A stretch of DNA of 32,000 nucleotides from Hyperthermus butylicus DSM 5456. Its GTDB lineage: Archaea > Thermoproteota > Thermoprotei_A > Sulfolobales > Pyrodictiaceae. Under the pieces are notes generated by a model. It saw nothing but the letters and a program-made list of their open reading frames with translations, was not told where the DNA came from and did no database searches. The stretch covers positions 1,020,001 to 1,052,000 of the forward strand of contig NC_008818.1 of NCBI RefSeq assembly GCF_000015145.1, in the 5' to 3' direction. Of this stretch, positions 8,092 to 17,720 are shown piece by piece; position 1 is the first letter of the stretch; each line of letters begins with the position of its first letter. The translations under genes and the position numbers were made by a program.

Positions 8092-8799
8092 TTATATTCT
8101 GAAGCCCCTCCTCCTAGCGCACTCCAGCAGCCTCCTGGTAACCTGTTCGTAGTAACCGCCCTTGCTTAGGACGTAGCTGTAGATCCTTTGTGTCTTCTCG
8201 CCGAACACGTATGCGACCTTCCTGGCGGCCTCCTCGTCTAGGGCTATGTAGCGGTTCTCTGCCGCGAATACCTCCCTGGGCTGCCTCGGCTTGGGTGATG
8301 GCTTCTCAGCAGGCCTCCCAACACATAGTCCTACAACGGGTAGCACTTGCTCTGGCAGGTTGAGGATTTCCGCTATGCGGCAGGGGTTCGAGTAGAGCGC
8401 TATGAAGACTATGCCGTAGCCCAGACTCTCCGCTGCGAGTGCCGCCCAGCCAGCTGCAATACCGGCATCCACCACCCCTATGAGGAGGTGGCCCAGCCCG
8501 GGCTCGGCAAACTCCACGCCGTGAATCCTTGCGGCTTCGGCGAGCTTGCGGTAGTCGACGCTAAACACGAGGAACACCGGGGCCTTAGCTACGTGCTCCT
8601 GGCCGCCTACAGCTTCTGCAAGCTTAGCCTTCAGCTCTCCATCAGTTACAATGGTTACAGTGAAAGGCTGTATACCCCAGGACGTGGGTGCCCTCCGTGC
8701 AGCCTCAACAATGGCTTCGAGATCCTCAGGCTTGACGGGCTCATCTGTGTATTTGCGGATGCTGACGTGACGCGAAATTGTTTCTATGCAGCAGGACAT
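8092..8799 (-). CDS. NfsA/FRP-like NAD(P)H nitroreductase family protein
   Basis: 235 aa. The N-terminal RHVSIRKYTDEPV..E.L..I.EAARRAPTS.G.QP and the later VDAGIAA....AAESLGYG are nitroreductase-fold signatures. Confidence 0.9.
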   Translation of the reverse strand: MSCCIETISRHVSIRKYTDEPVKPEDLEAIVEAARRAPTSWGIQPFTVTIVTDGELKAKLAEAVGGQEHVAKAPVFLVFSVDYRKLAEAARIHGVEFAEPGLGHLLIGVVDAGIAAGWAALAAESLGYGIVFIALYSNPCRIAEILNLPEQVLPVVGLCVGRPAEKPSPKPRQPREVFAAENRYIALDEEAARKVAYVFGEKTQRIYSYVLSKGGYYEQVTRRLLECARRRGFRI

Positions 8800-9140
8800 G
8801 CTGGCACACCGGTCTAGGGTACTGTAGCTAGCAGACTAGAATACATAACCCGCCCCAAACATCGAAGCGTAGTAAGCGAACAAATGGTGCTAGTGCTTGG
8901 AGGCGCTAAAGGGAATCCCGGAACCCACTATGTCCATATGATGTCCCTATAGCCTCCACGTGTAATCCGGGGCTATGTTCTGCAGCGTTCTGCGGCTAGC
9001 GTTCTAAGCCGCGCCCTTGGCTAGCGGGCAACACCACGCTATTTTGCATTCAACACAAGTGCTTAGCTATAACAATCAGCTAAAGCCAAGTGTACTTGCA
9101 ACTGACAAGAAGCGTAGTACCTGCATAGCCATAGGAAGGG

Positions 9141-9253
<113 letters not shown>

Positions 9254-9315
9254 AACCGCGTGGCTCCACGTTACGAGGTAGCCTTTCTGGAGGGGGGTAT
9301 ATTAAGGTTATTCTC

Positions 9316-9681
9316 CTATTGGTGGGTTTCTTCGCGCACCCAGCGGCAGTACTCGGCATAGCATGCTACTACGGGTACAGCAACTATCTCGGGTACTTGG
9401 TATGGATGTATCTCCTTAACTTTTTCAATCAGCTTGGGTAGCTTGTCCATAGAGGTTTTCACAATCAGCAAGTCCTCCTGATCATTCTCTATCTTGCCTT
9501 GCCACCAGTATCCGCTCTCAACAGGAGTGATGTTAATGCATGCAGCTAGTCTTTCCTCGAGCAGTTTCTGGGCTATTTCCTTGCCCTTACCTCTGGGCGT
9601 GGTGATGTAGACTACTACTACTCCACCCTCTATGGGAGCTGTACTTGTCAAGGCTTCAAACCCCGTTAGTACAATGCTCAA
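9316..9681 (-). CDS. cutA: divalent-cation tolerance protein CutA
   Basis: VVVYITTP....A..IA..LLEERLAACINI.P.ES.YWW.GKIE.D.E.LLIVKT......L...V.E.HPY.VPEI is the CutA1 signature. The true start may be internal to the 121-aa ORF. Confidence 0.9.
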   Translation of the reverse strand: MSIVLTGFEALTSTAPIEGGVVVVYITTPRGKGKEIAQKLLEERLAACINITPVESGYWWQGKIENDQEDLLIVKTSMDKLPKLIEKVKEIHPYQVPEIVAVPVVACYAEYCRWVREETHQ

Positions 9682-9818
9682 GTTGATGGGCTATAACAGT
9701 ATCACTCGTGCATTCAAAGGGCTCTGGACATAGGTGGAGTGTATATTTAAAATCTCCCAGCTGCACAGCTGTATTGTCCACAAACCTAGTTTGACGTATG
9801 TAGTGGAGGTGTGCTGCT

Positions 9819-10253
9819 TTGGCTCGGGTTGAGCGTAGGTTCGGAGGCATTGCAAGCCCCCTTGTGCGGCTAGCCTACTTCATATTCGAAATTATTGCAT
9901 TCATTATGTTAGCTGTCGCAGCTCTAATAGCATTCTATGATTTCATTGTGTTTATATTCGAGCGCGTATTCGACTATACCGAGGTACTGCCAAGGATTCT
10001 ACTAATCTTCGTGTTCATAGACCTCATGAGGGTTATCGTGCACAGTGTTACTGAGAGAAGGTTCCGAATGGACATACTCTTCGAAGCAATAACGATCGCT
10101 GTGGCACGTGACCTCATAAGCGCTCTAGCACTCGTTGAAAAGGAGTTCGTGCCTATAAGGATAATAGTGTTGTCGGGACTTCTGGTGCTCGTAGTAACCC
10201 TATGGTACTTCGCTCGTCGAGCCGAGTTTTCCGCCAGCTGTACGGGCAAGTAG
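9819..10253 (+). CDS. PsiE-like small membrane protein
   Basis: 144 aa with 4 TM helices. The segments ..EAITIAVARDLI.. and ..LLVLVVTLWYFARR resemble the PsiE (phosphate-starvation-inducible E) family layout. Confidence 0.65.
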   Translation: MARVERRFGGIASPLVRLAYFIFEIIAFIMLAVAALIAFYDFIVFIFERVFDYTEVLPRILLIFVFIDLMRVIVHSVTERRFRMDILFEAITIAVARDLISALALVEKEFVPIRIIVLSGLLVLVVTLWYFARRAEFSASCTGK

Positions 10254-10940
10254 CGCCAATGTCCTTCTAGCCTCGACGGAGAGCCTTGACACTGTAAGCA
10301 TCTTCCTTGCAAGCCGTGCAGCGGCCCTCACTAGGCGGTGGAGGGTCTCGACCTCGGGGCCCTCGTAGCCCAGCTCCTCAGCCTTCCGGAGAAGCTTCAC
10401 TGCCAGCTCCAGCTCGTTAAACGCTATGCCACGTAGGAACGCCAGGTCCGACTGAGTGAGCCGGGGCTTGGAGGCGAGCGCCTCGAGCTTCTCAGCTAGC
10501 TGGTCCGGAGATATGCTCGCTATCTGAAGCTGTAGGAGCGCAACCTCTGGCTCAACCTCGTCACCGGCTTCTTCAAGTTCAGTATCCTCCGAAACATTCA
10601 CGCCCTGCTCATAGGCCTCTAGGGCCTCGATGACGGCGTCGAGGTCTATGAAGCGCCACCAGTGCTGGTTGCTGCTACGATAGCTTGTCTCGACGATTCC
10701 GTAGTCTCTTTCGAGGACACGAAGGAGCATTGACGGGTTATACTCTATTCCCCATGCCCGGAGCCGGGCTACAACCTCCCGGTAGCTAAAATCGCCGAGC
10801 CTAATCCCTCTCCTCCCCCGCGAGCCTACAGCAGCGTCGACGGCTGCGCGGAGAACAGCATAGCCCCTCTCACCGTATTCGGCAAGGAATTCCAGGACTC
10901 GCTCCCGCACACCAGGAGCCTGGGCCAAGGCGCCCACCAC
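10200..10940 (-). CDS. hypothetical protein (246 aa), probable N-terminal winged-helix plus acidic linker and helical C-terminus
   Basis: GTG-initiated ORF with balanced composition. It overlaps the convergent 9819-10253 gene by 54 nt. No family recognised. Confidence 0.6.
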   Translation of the reverse strand: MVGALAQAPGVRERVLEFLAEYGERGYAVLRAAVDAAVGSRGRRGIRLGDFSYREVVARLRAWGIEYNPSMLLRVLERDYGIVETSYRSSNQHWWRFIDLDAVIEALEAYEQGVNVSEDTELEEAGDEVEPEVALLQLQIASISPDQLAEKLEALASKPRLTQSDLAFLRGIAFNELELAVKLLRKAEELGYEGPEVETLHRLVRAAARLARKMLTVSRLSVEARRTLALLARTAGGKLGSTSEVP

Positions 10941-11314
10941 ACTGTCGCGGGGGAGGAGAGGGTCCTGGCCCCCTCCGCTACCTTATTCGCGGGTATTCCT
11001 CTAGAAGATATACCTCTTGGCCCACCGTGGCATTACTCGAGGCAGCGTAGCACCGGGGTATGACAGGAGTAGCACTGCGGCATGTGGTTCGGATGTACCT
11101 CGCCTACTTCACAGCCCCCAGAGCCGCTGGGGGCTCTGCGGCCCATCAGGTGGATGGCTGCGGCCCTCCACATCCCTCCAGGGATGGGTTAGTTGTGTGG
11201 CACGCTTTTCTAGTTATAGCTGCCGTTGTGTAGTTGTTTGGGACTGGGGCTTCAGGAGCGGCAGCGGAGATATTAACGGGTGTAAAAGTACATATTGTCC
11301 CAGGGGGATACGCC

Positions 11315-12046
11315 TTGCCGCTCAACGTAGTGGATGCCTATGTCTCTACGAGGGATGGCAGGGAGATAGTGCGGGGTGTCTCGCTGGAGATCCGCGAGGG
11401 CCGCATACACGTCCTCATGGGGCCTAACGGTGCCGGTAAGAGCAGCCTAGCACAAGCCGTCATGGGGCACCGCAATTATGTGTACAAGGGCAAGCTCCTC
11501 TTCGACGGCGAGGACATAACTGGGCTTAGCACTGCTGAGAGGGTTAAGCGCGGACTTACTCTTGCAGTGCAGATCCCTGTTGAGGTTGAGGGGGTTAGGG
11601 TCTCTGAGATCCTGGTACGTGTTGCACAGAAATTCCGGGGAACTAAAACAATGAAGGAGGCGATGCAGGTTATAAGGGAGGCACTGGAGGCCGTGGGTCT
11701 CTCTGAGTCCCTCCTCGCAAGGGAATACATGGTCGGCATGAGTGGTGGTGAGAGGAAGAGGCTAGAGCTTGCAAGGATAATCATCCAGAAGCCAAAGATA
11801 GCAATACTCGACGAGCCCGATAGCGGGGTTGACGTGGAGAGCATACCGAAGATAGCAGCTGCCATAGAGAAGCTTGCCGAGAGCGGTACCGGCATACTCC
11901 TAATCACCCACCAGCCCCGCCTCCTCACCCGCCTCATCCCCGACAAGGTCTACGTAATGCTCAGCGGCAGAATAGTCGCCGAAGGCGGTATCGAGCTGGT
12001 AAGGCGTATCGAGGAGAAAGGATACACACCCTTCAGGGGTGAGTAG
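11315..12046 (+). CDS. sufC: Fe-S cluster assembly ATPase SufC
   Basis: Walker A GPNGAGKSSL, signature MSGGERKR, Walker B ILDEPDSGVDV, H-loop ITHQ. The ORF opens at 11234, but TTG 11315 (GGGGGAT upstream) gives the usual ~243-aa length. Confidence 0.93.
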   Translation: MPLNVVDAYVSTRDGREIVRGVSLEIREGRIHVLMGPNGAGKSSLAQAVMGHRNYVYKGKLLFDGEDITGLSTAERVKRGLTLAVQIPVEVEGVRVSEILVRVAQKFRGTKTMKEAMQVIREALEAVGLSESLLAREYMVGMSGGERKRLELARIIIQKPKIAILDEPDSGVDVESIPKIAAAIEKLAESGTGILLITHQPRLLTRLIPDKVYVMLSGRIVAEGGIELVRRIEEKGYTPFRGE

Positions 12047-13370
12047 TGTCGTGTCGGTCATGGATAAACCCCTAGCTGAGCTGAGCAGGGAGGACATTAT
12101 AGAGTTCAGCCGTAAGCGCGGCGAGCCAGAGTGGGTTCTAAGACTCCGCCTCAAAGCCTACGAGTACATACGCTCTACGAGCTACGACCCGTCAATAGAT
12201 CCATACATGGAGAAGGTTACCTACCGCCAGTTCCTTGAGGGCCTCGAGAAGCCACTAATTGTCGACGAGCAGCTGGCAAAGGCTGCTAGGAGGCTGGGCA
12301 TACGGCCCGACGAGTTAGAAATCATATACAGCGGATTCAGCGTAAACATAGACAACGTCGTTATCAAGACTGTTCTTAAAATGCTTGAGAAACGCGGGGT
12401 CATACTGACATCGATGGACGAAGCTGTAAAGAGGTACCCCGTTGTGAAGGACTACGCGTTCCGCGGTCTACACCCAACACTAAGCAAGAAGGTAGCCTAC
12501 CACGTCATGCTATGGGCTGGCGGCATATTCGTGTACGTGCCGGAGGGTGTTAGGCTACCCCAGCCCATTCAAGGCTTATTCATCATAGGGAAGGAGGGGC
12601 TTAGCCAGACAGAGCACACGCTAATAGTCCTCGAGGAGGGCGCAGAGCTACACTGGATTGAGGGCTGCACGGCACCGCTAAGACTTAGCTATGGCGTACA
12701 CCTCGGAGGCCTGGAGGCCTTCGTAAAGGATAGGGCTAGGCTGTTCGTGGTTAGTATTAACAACTGGCCAGGCGACGTACACCATACCCCCGCCAAGAGG
12801 GTGATTGTAGAGGGGTATAAGGCCTACGCCGAGCTTACAAGCGTATCTTTGGCAGCCAAGACGGTGAACGTGGCGCCACGGATAGATCTCCGCGGCCAGG
12901 ACAGCACCGCAGTCATACAGAACATAGGCCTCTACCGGGGCAACCAGGTTGTACGCAGCTCTCCGCTCATAGTCTATGAGGCTCCGGGCACGAGGGGCCA
13001 GCTGCTAAACCGCACAGTCGTAAAGGATAGCGCGGACGAGGAGTTCCGTGGAAGACTCGAAGTGCGTAGAGGCGCTAAGGGCGCCACAGGCTTCATGAGT
13101 TGCAACACCTTGATAATAGGTGATAAGGCTAGGAGTGCAGCGATACCGGCTATAGCGAGTGAGGAAAGGGACTCAGAGCTATCCCACGAGGCTAGCGTCG
13201 GAAGGATAAGCTATGAGAAGCTCTACTACCTACAGCTAATGGGATTTGACGAGGAGGAAGCAACCTGGCTGATAGTGAGCGGGTTCTTCGACCCAGTGAT
13301 AAAGAAGCTGCCCTTCGACATACAGATAGAGGTCAGAAAGATACTCGAGCTAGCAGTAAAAGGCCACTAG
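12039..13370 (+). CDS. sufB: Fe-S cluster assembly scaffold SufB (SufB/D family)
   Basis: It overlaps the sufC stop by 8 nt. Contains IEGCTAP and the C-terminal HEASVGRIS.EKLYYL...G..EEEA..LIV.GF motifs typical of SufB rather than SufD. No separate sufD follows. Confidence 0.9.
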   Translation: MSSVVSVMDKPLAELSREDIIEFSRKRGEPEWVLRLRLKAYEYIRSTSYDPSIDPYMEKVTYRQFLEGLEKPLIVDEQLAKAARRLGIRPDELEIIYSGFSVNIDNVVIKTVLKMLEKRGVILTSMDEAVKRYPVVKDYAFRGLHPTLSKKVAYHVMLWAGGIFVYVPEGVRLPQPIQGLFIIGKEGLSQTEHTLIVLEEGAELHWIEGCTAPLRLSYGVHLGGLEAFVKDRARLFVVSINNWPGDVHHTPAKRVIVEGYKAYAELTSVSLAAKTVNVAPRIDLRGQDSTAVIQNIGLYRGNQVVRSSPLIVYEAPGTRGQLLNRTVVKDSADEEFRGRLEVRRGAKGATGFMSCNTLIIGDKARSAAIPAIASEERDSELSHEASVGRISYEKLYYLQLMGFDEEEATWLIVSGFFDPVIKKLPFDIQIEVRKILELAVKGH

Positions 13371-13529
13371 CATCAACCTCCCCCTTTTCCAAGCACAATA
13401 CCGCGATACGATCCTCCCACCTCCTCTCACGTCGATAAGGAGCAGTAGTTGAGGTAGCTGGAGATCATAGTGTTGAGTCTCGTGGCTTGCAATGCTAGAA
13501 GAGCAAGTAATGACAAGTAATGGTGAAAA

Positions 13530-13553
13530 CTCCAAGCTCCATGGAGCTTGGAG
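13530..13553. repeat. 24-bp perfect palindrome CTCCAAGCTCCATGGAGCTTGGAG
   Basis: Read directly: the sequence is its own reverse complement. It lies between the sufB stop (13370) and tRNA-Ile (13612). Confidence 0.95.
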
Positions 13554-13611
13554 GCGTTAACCCAATAAAGCCCCCCAACACTGTTTGGGGAGAAACCGGA
13601 GCCAATAACCT

Positions 13612-13688
13612 GGGCCCGTAGCTCAGCCCGGCGGAGCGCCCGGCTGATAACCGGGAGGTCGGGGGTTCAAATCCCCCCGGGCCCACCA
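13612..13688 (+). tRNA. tRNA-Ile (anticodon GAT), CCA encoded
   Basis: GGGCCCG TA GCTC AGCCCGGCG GAGC G CCCGG CTGATAA CCGGG AGGTC GGGGG TTCAAAT CCCCC CGGGCCC A CCA. Full cloverleaf, 77 nt. Confidence 0.95.
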
Positions 13689-13928
13689 CCCTCCTCCTCA
13701 TCAATGCATGTTCCATAGTATTGCAGCATGCCCCTAAGTTCTCCGGGAAGTAAGAGGAGGATGCTTTGCATCAACCCCTTGTAGCTGGTCGGTGTTGTGT
13801 TTTAGAAACTAGCTTGGCTAGACTTGTCCAGCCCAGTTGGTTAGATCCCAAGTGACGAGTATGAGGTCCAATCCCCGGCATGTAGCTAGCTCCTGCTTCC
13901 GGGTCTCCGCGGGGGCCCTGATGCCATG

Positions 13929-14861
13929 TTATGGTGTTCGGCGTAGTGGACGGTGTAGTCTACCCGAAATTGTGGGGTAGAAGGCTGCCCGTGGCGGCTC
14001 GCCGAGGGCCTCTGCTAGGGCCCTGTATGCCTCCTCTATGCTTTCCTCGTCGTTGGGGTCTGCGTAGACTGCTAGCCTGGCGACCCTGCTGGGCTGTAGT
14101 CGAACCCCCGCAAGCCTTCCACCTGGTGCCCTCCATGCCCTGCTGGTTGCTCTCTCAGCAAGCCAGCGGAGGACCTTGCCGGCGGTCTGCTGGTCGAGGT
14201 ACAGTATCCAAGCTCCGGCCCTACCGTTACCTTCCTCGTCCCTGGTGGCGACTGCTAGCTCGCCCTGCTCGTATGTGTAGGGGCCGCCCACGAGGAGCGA
14301 CGCCAGCTCCTCCAGCTCCCCTAGGCAGGGGAGGCCCTCGCGCTCCAGCGCCAAGAGTACTATCCTCACGGGCTTCCTCTCGGCGGTTGCTAGGCCCCAG
14401 GCTAGCCCCCTCGCGACAGCGTCGAGGAAGCCTGGGGTGTATGCGGGCCTGTCGGTAGCCACGTGTATCGGCGCGGTGAAGGCGTAGGGGCGAAGTAGCA
14501 GGAAGCACGTGGCACAAGCGGGTAGGACATCCTCTAGTACGGCAGTGTTGTTGTCGAGCATCCATAGGCCAACAACATACTCTGCATCACCGCCGCATAC
14601 ACTGCAGCCACGGCCCAGGAAGCGGGCTACGACTCTGCGGAGCCCCGCGAGAGCCTCTTCCAGGCAGCTGCAGCCGCCGAGAAGGCCGCATGCAAGCCCG
14701 GAGTTCAGCTTGGCGAGAAACCAGGGCTCGGCAAGATAGAGCCAGGGTGGCATACCCGAAGCGAACACAACCCAGCCAGCATGGAGCAAGCCCTGGCCTC
14801 TATATGCTATGGCACTGGACATAGCGGGGCCCCCCGGGGGAGACATACTACCCATCCGCAA
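13929..14861 (-). CDS. hypothetical Cys-motif protein (310 aa), no recognisable family
   Basis: It is the longest ORF in a very GC-rich stretch and the only frame with protein-like composition; the other frames are R/P-rich. It contains GCSVCGG and PACATCF (two CxxC about 30 residues apart) plus CGLLGGCSC. Confidence 0.5.
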   Translation of the reverse strand: MRMGSMSPPGGPAMSSAIAYRGQGLLHAGWVVFASGMPPWLYLAEPWFLAKLNSGLACGLLGGCSCLEEALAGLRRVVARFLGRGCSVCGGDAEYVVGLWMLDNNTAVLEDVLPACATCFLLLRPYAFTAPIHVATDRPAYTPGFLDAVARGLAWGLATAERKPVRIVLLALEREGLPCLGELEELASLLVGGPYTYEQGELAVATRDEEGNGRAGAWILYLDQQTAGKVLRWLAERATSRAWRAPGGRLAGVRLQPSRVARLAVYADPNDEESIEEAYRALAEALGEPPRAAFYPTISGRLHRPLRRTP

Positions 14862-15017
14862 TGGGGGCTAAGCCCTCTAACCCACAACACTCAGTATAGG
14901 CCGATAACCCCGGGCCAGCCAGGCTGAGGAGAGTAAGGGTGTGTGGAGCTAGACGGGGGCCGAGCCTCTGGGGCTGTGATGTGAACCCTTGTCTCCGAAC
15001 CCCGCTATAATGGTTCT

Positions 15018-15682
15018 TCATGGTAGGTCTGGGATTGCTGGCTGGTCCCGCAGCATCTTGGGTACCGTGAACGCGTTGCGCAGGGCTAGTTCCAGCTTAT
15101 CCCTCGTATCTATGAGGTATGTATAGTGAATGTTGAGTAGCCTAACGAGGCCCTTACCGGTCTCAGCTTGTATGCTTACTAGGAGCCTCTCAAACGGTCG
15201 CTGCCCACAGCCTCCATTATAGCCCTTATATCCTCGAAGGTGCCTAGCATCCTCCGCGTATACATGGTCTCCAGCGTCACCACGATGTCTGGAGCGGCTT
15301 CCAGCAGCTTCTTAATAACCTCCGCAGCTTGCTCTATATCCCGGTGATCCATCCACACCCTCCAGCCAATATGGAGGTTGAAGATCTCCGCGCCAGCCTC
15401 CCTAGCCTTCCTTACCGCGGCTACAAGCGCCTTAACCGTGCGCTCCTGTACCTCCGGCACTGTTGAAGCCACGTTATAGTATGGGGTGTGCGCGGTAACA
15501 GTGGTAAACGCCTTAGAAGCCAGCTCACGGTACTGCTAGAAGTACTCCATGCCGCGACTACGCCGGGAGAAGTCGTATGGTGGAATCTCAGTCAGCTTCA
15601 TAGCCAGCGTTGCAGCTTTAACTAGGGTCGAGAGAGCATTATACGTATCCCAGTCGAAGAGTATCACGGCAACCAGCCCCAC
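15018..15682 (-). pseudogene. disrupted AP-endonuclease-2 / xylose-isomerase-like TIM-barrel gene
   Basis: The minus frame from GTG 15682 reads VGLVAVILFDWDTYNALSTLVKAATLAMKLTEIPPYDFSRRSRGMEYF, then an in-frame TAG at 15538-15536. The same frame continues QYRELASKAFTTVTAHTPYYNVASTVPEVQERTVKALVAAVRKAREAGAEIFNLHIG..VVTLETMY..LGTFEDIRAIMEAVGSDR to the stop at 15179. A further ~60 codons are open only in a shifted frame, down to TGA 15020-15018. The H.PY.N.....E......L......A...GA....H.G....LE motif series fits this TIM-barrel family. Confidence 0.45.
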
Positions 15683-16488
15683 ACAGCCTGGAACAGTAAT
15701 AAAGGTAGTACCCTAGAGAACTAACCCTCCCGCCTTGACGTGTAGAACAGCACCAGAGCCGTAGCTCGCAGCACCCAAGACAGCGAGAAGGCCTACTCAT
15801 ACAGTCTACAACACTTGATACATGCTGCATTACAAACAAAAATAGGAGCCGGTACCCGCAACAATTACGAAGCCTTGTGCGACAACAGCAACCAGGCAGA
15901 TAAGATAACCATGGAGAAGCTCATACTCACAATCAACACTATACACTGAATATTTGTAGCCAGCAAAAATAGGGAGAGTATGGTGCATGTCGAGCCGTGT
16001 AAACAAGCTCTCTATCCTACGCAACTGGTTTTCACACGAGTCTAGGAGCAGTGCTTCACGCTGAACCTCTCGAAGGCTGTGGCATCAGGAGCCCGTATAG
16101 CTTAGCAAGTCGTGCATAGCGTCCTTGATTGTAGTTTTCTGCTGCGAGACTCTTCCCTTCAGCGTTGCGAGGTTAACAGCTAGAACTACTCCAACGTGTC
16201 TGTTCCACATAGTTTCTTGGCGTTGTTTGAAGCTGGTTTATCTTTAACGGTTACAGTGATAACGTGCATTCGCTGATAAGTGCATGTGTTGTATCACTTG
16301 TTAATATCATGCTTGGAGGGTTTGTGCAAGCAACTCTTGGACTTTTTGATCTTGTGGAGTACTGCTTTTATGTCTCTGCGGCTGCGCAATGAGCCTAGCC
16401 TGGTACCGTGTCTCCCGGGCTGCAGCGTGTCCTGGATGTGATGGGTATGTCGGGGCTGGTTGCACTCAATATCCCCGAGGAGCCAGTT

Positions 16489-17583
16489 ATGAGCGTTGTG
16501 GCAGTGCTCGGCGCTATACTCGGCATGGTGCTAGTACTCCCAATGGTGTCTAGGAAAGTGGAGGAGAACCTTGAACCATTCTTTCTCGTAATGGGCATAG
16601 TGGGCAGCATAGCCATATATCTAGCGGGTATTCTTCCTTCCGGCGAGGTTGGCGAGCTGGTTAAGCGTGCACTACTCACTCCAGTCATGCTGCACGGCAT
16701 ACCAATTGGTATAACTCAGGTCGTGCTATTGGCAGGTCTTGCATTCTACAAGTATCACGGCCCCATATATCGTGGTATTGGTAGGCTGCTAGAGAAGCTG
16801 GGTGTACGCGGCTTTCTATTAGTGATGGTAACCATTCTCGGGCTGGCAAGCAGCATAATATCGGTTATCGTGGCTGCTGTAATCTTCGCAGAAATCATGG
16901 CTGCACTTCCCCTCTCAAGGCAGAAAAGGGTAGAGGCCACGGTGCTGGCAGCGTTCGCTCTGGGGATGGGTGCAGCCCTAACACCGGTAGGCGAGCCTCT
17001 CGCCACTATAGCAGTGAGCAAGCTTTCCGGACCACCACACTATGCCGGCTTTGACTTCCTCTTGAAGCTCCTAGGTCCCTACATAATACCCGGCGTCGTG
17101 GCAGTCGCAGCCTATACTGCTGCACGCGTTACCCGAGGAGTAACCGAGCCAGTACATGGTATGGTGAAGAGCGTAGAGTACGCTGAGACCCTGCATGGCG
17201 TGATTCTGCGCGCGCTCCGAGTATACATATTCGTTGCAGCGCTAGAGCTACTGGGCACGAGCTTCATGCCACTCGTGGAATGGTACTTCACGAAGATACC
17301 ATCCTACATACTGTACTGGATGAACATGATCTCAGCAGTGGTAGACAACGCTACATTGACAGCGGCAGAGATAGGACCATACCTGCACATAGACCAGATA
17401 CAAGCAGCCCTCATGAGCCTAATAGTGTCTGGTGGCATGTTGATACCAGGCAACATACCCAACATAGTAGCCGCGAATAGGCTCAAGATAACCTCTAAGG
17501 AATGGGCGCGCATAGGGGTACCCTTCGGAGCAGTACTGCTAGTAATCTACTTCATACTACTATTTGGCTCGTCCATGCTGTAA
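16489..17583 (+). CDS. DUF1646-like predicted cation transporter (ion-transporter superfamily membrane protein)
   Basis: The ORF opens at 16408. ATG 16489 gives MSVVAVLGAILGMVLVLPMVSRKVEENLEPFFLVMG, which matches my recollection of the DUF1646 N-terminus. It has about 10 or more TM helices. Confidence 0.75.
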   Translation: MSVVAVLGAILGMVLVLPMVSRKVEENLEPFFLVMGIVGSIAIYLAGILPSGEVGELVKRALLTPVMLHGIPIGITQVVLLAGLAFYKYHGPIYRGIGRLLEKLGVRGFLLVMVTILGLASSIISVIVAAVIFAEIMAALPLSRQKRVEATVLAAFALGMGAALTPVGEPLATIAVSKLSGPPHYAGFDFLLKLLGPYIIPGVVAVAAYTAARVTRGVTEPVHGMVKSVEYAETLHGVILRALRVYIFVAALELLGTSFMPLVEWYFTKIPSYILYWMNMISAVVDNATLTAAEIGPYLHIDQIQAALMSLIVSGGMLIPGNIPNIVAANRLKITSKEWARIGVPFGAVLLVIYFILLFGSSML

Positions 17584-17720
17584 ACATAGGATCACTACAT
17601 GTTGTCGTCCAACAGTAAAGTAGTAACAATTGGGAACGCTATGGTGGGAGGAGAGATAGGTTTGGCGTGCTTGAAAAACGGTGTAGAGCACTAAAAAGCT
17701 GCACGATGGTTTTTCACGAA

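Noticed and set aside
13831-13879. tRNA-like fragment (GCCCAGTTGGTTAGA...GGTCCAATCCCCGG)
   Set aside because: It resembles a D-loop and T-loop, but no complementary D, T or acceptor stems can be drawn on either strand.
13931-14739. Alternative ORFs overlapping the 310-aa gene (13931-14458 +, 14509-14739 +, 14227-14565 -)
   Set aside because: They are R/P/G-rich low-complexity translations. Long open frames are expected by chance at this G+C content, and only the 13929-14861 minus frame looks like protein.
16085-16210. 41-codon minus-strand ORF with a faint AbrB/VapB-like 'KGRVS...IKDAM' string
   Set aside because: It is too short and lacks the conserved G-x-V-T-I-P core. No cognate toxin ORF is adjacent.
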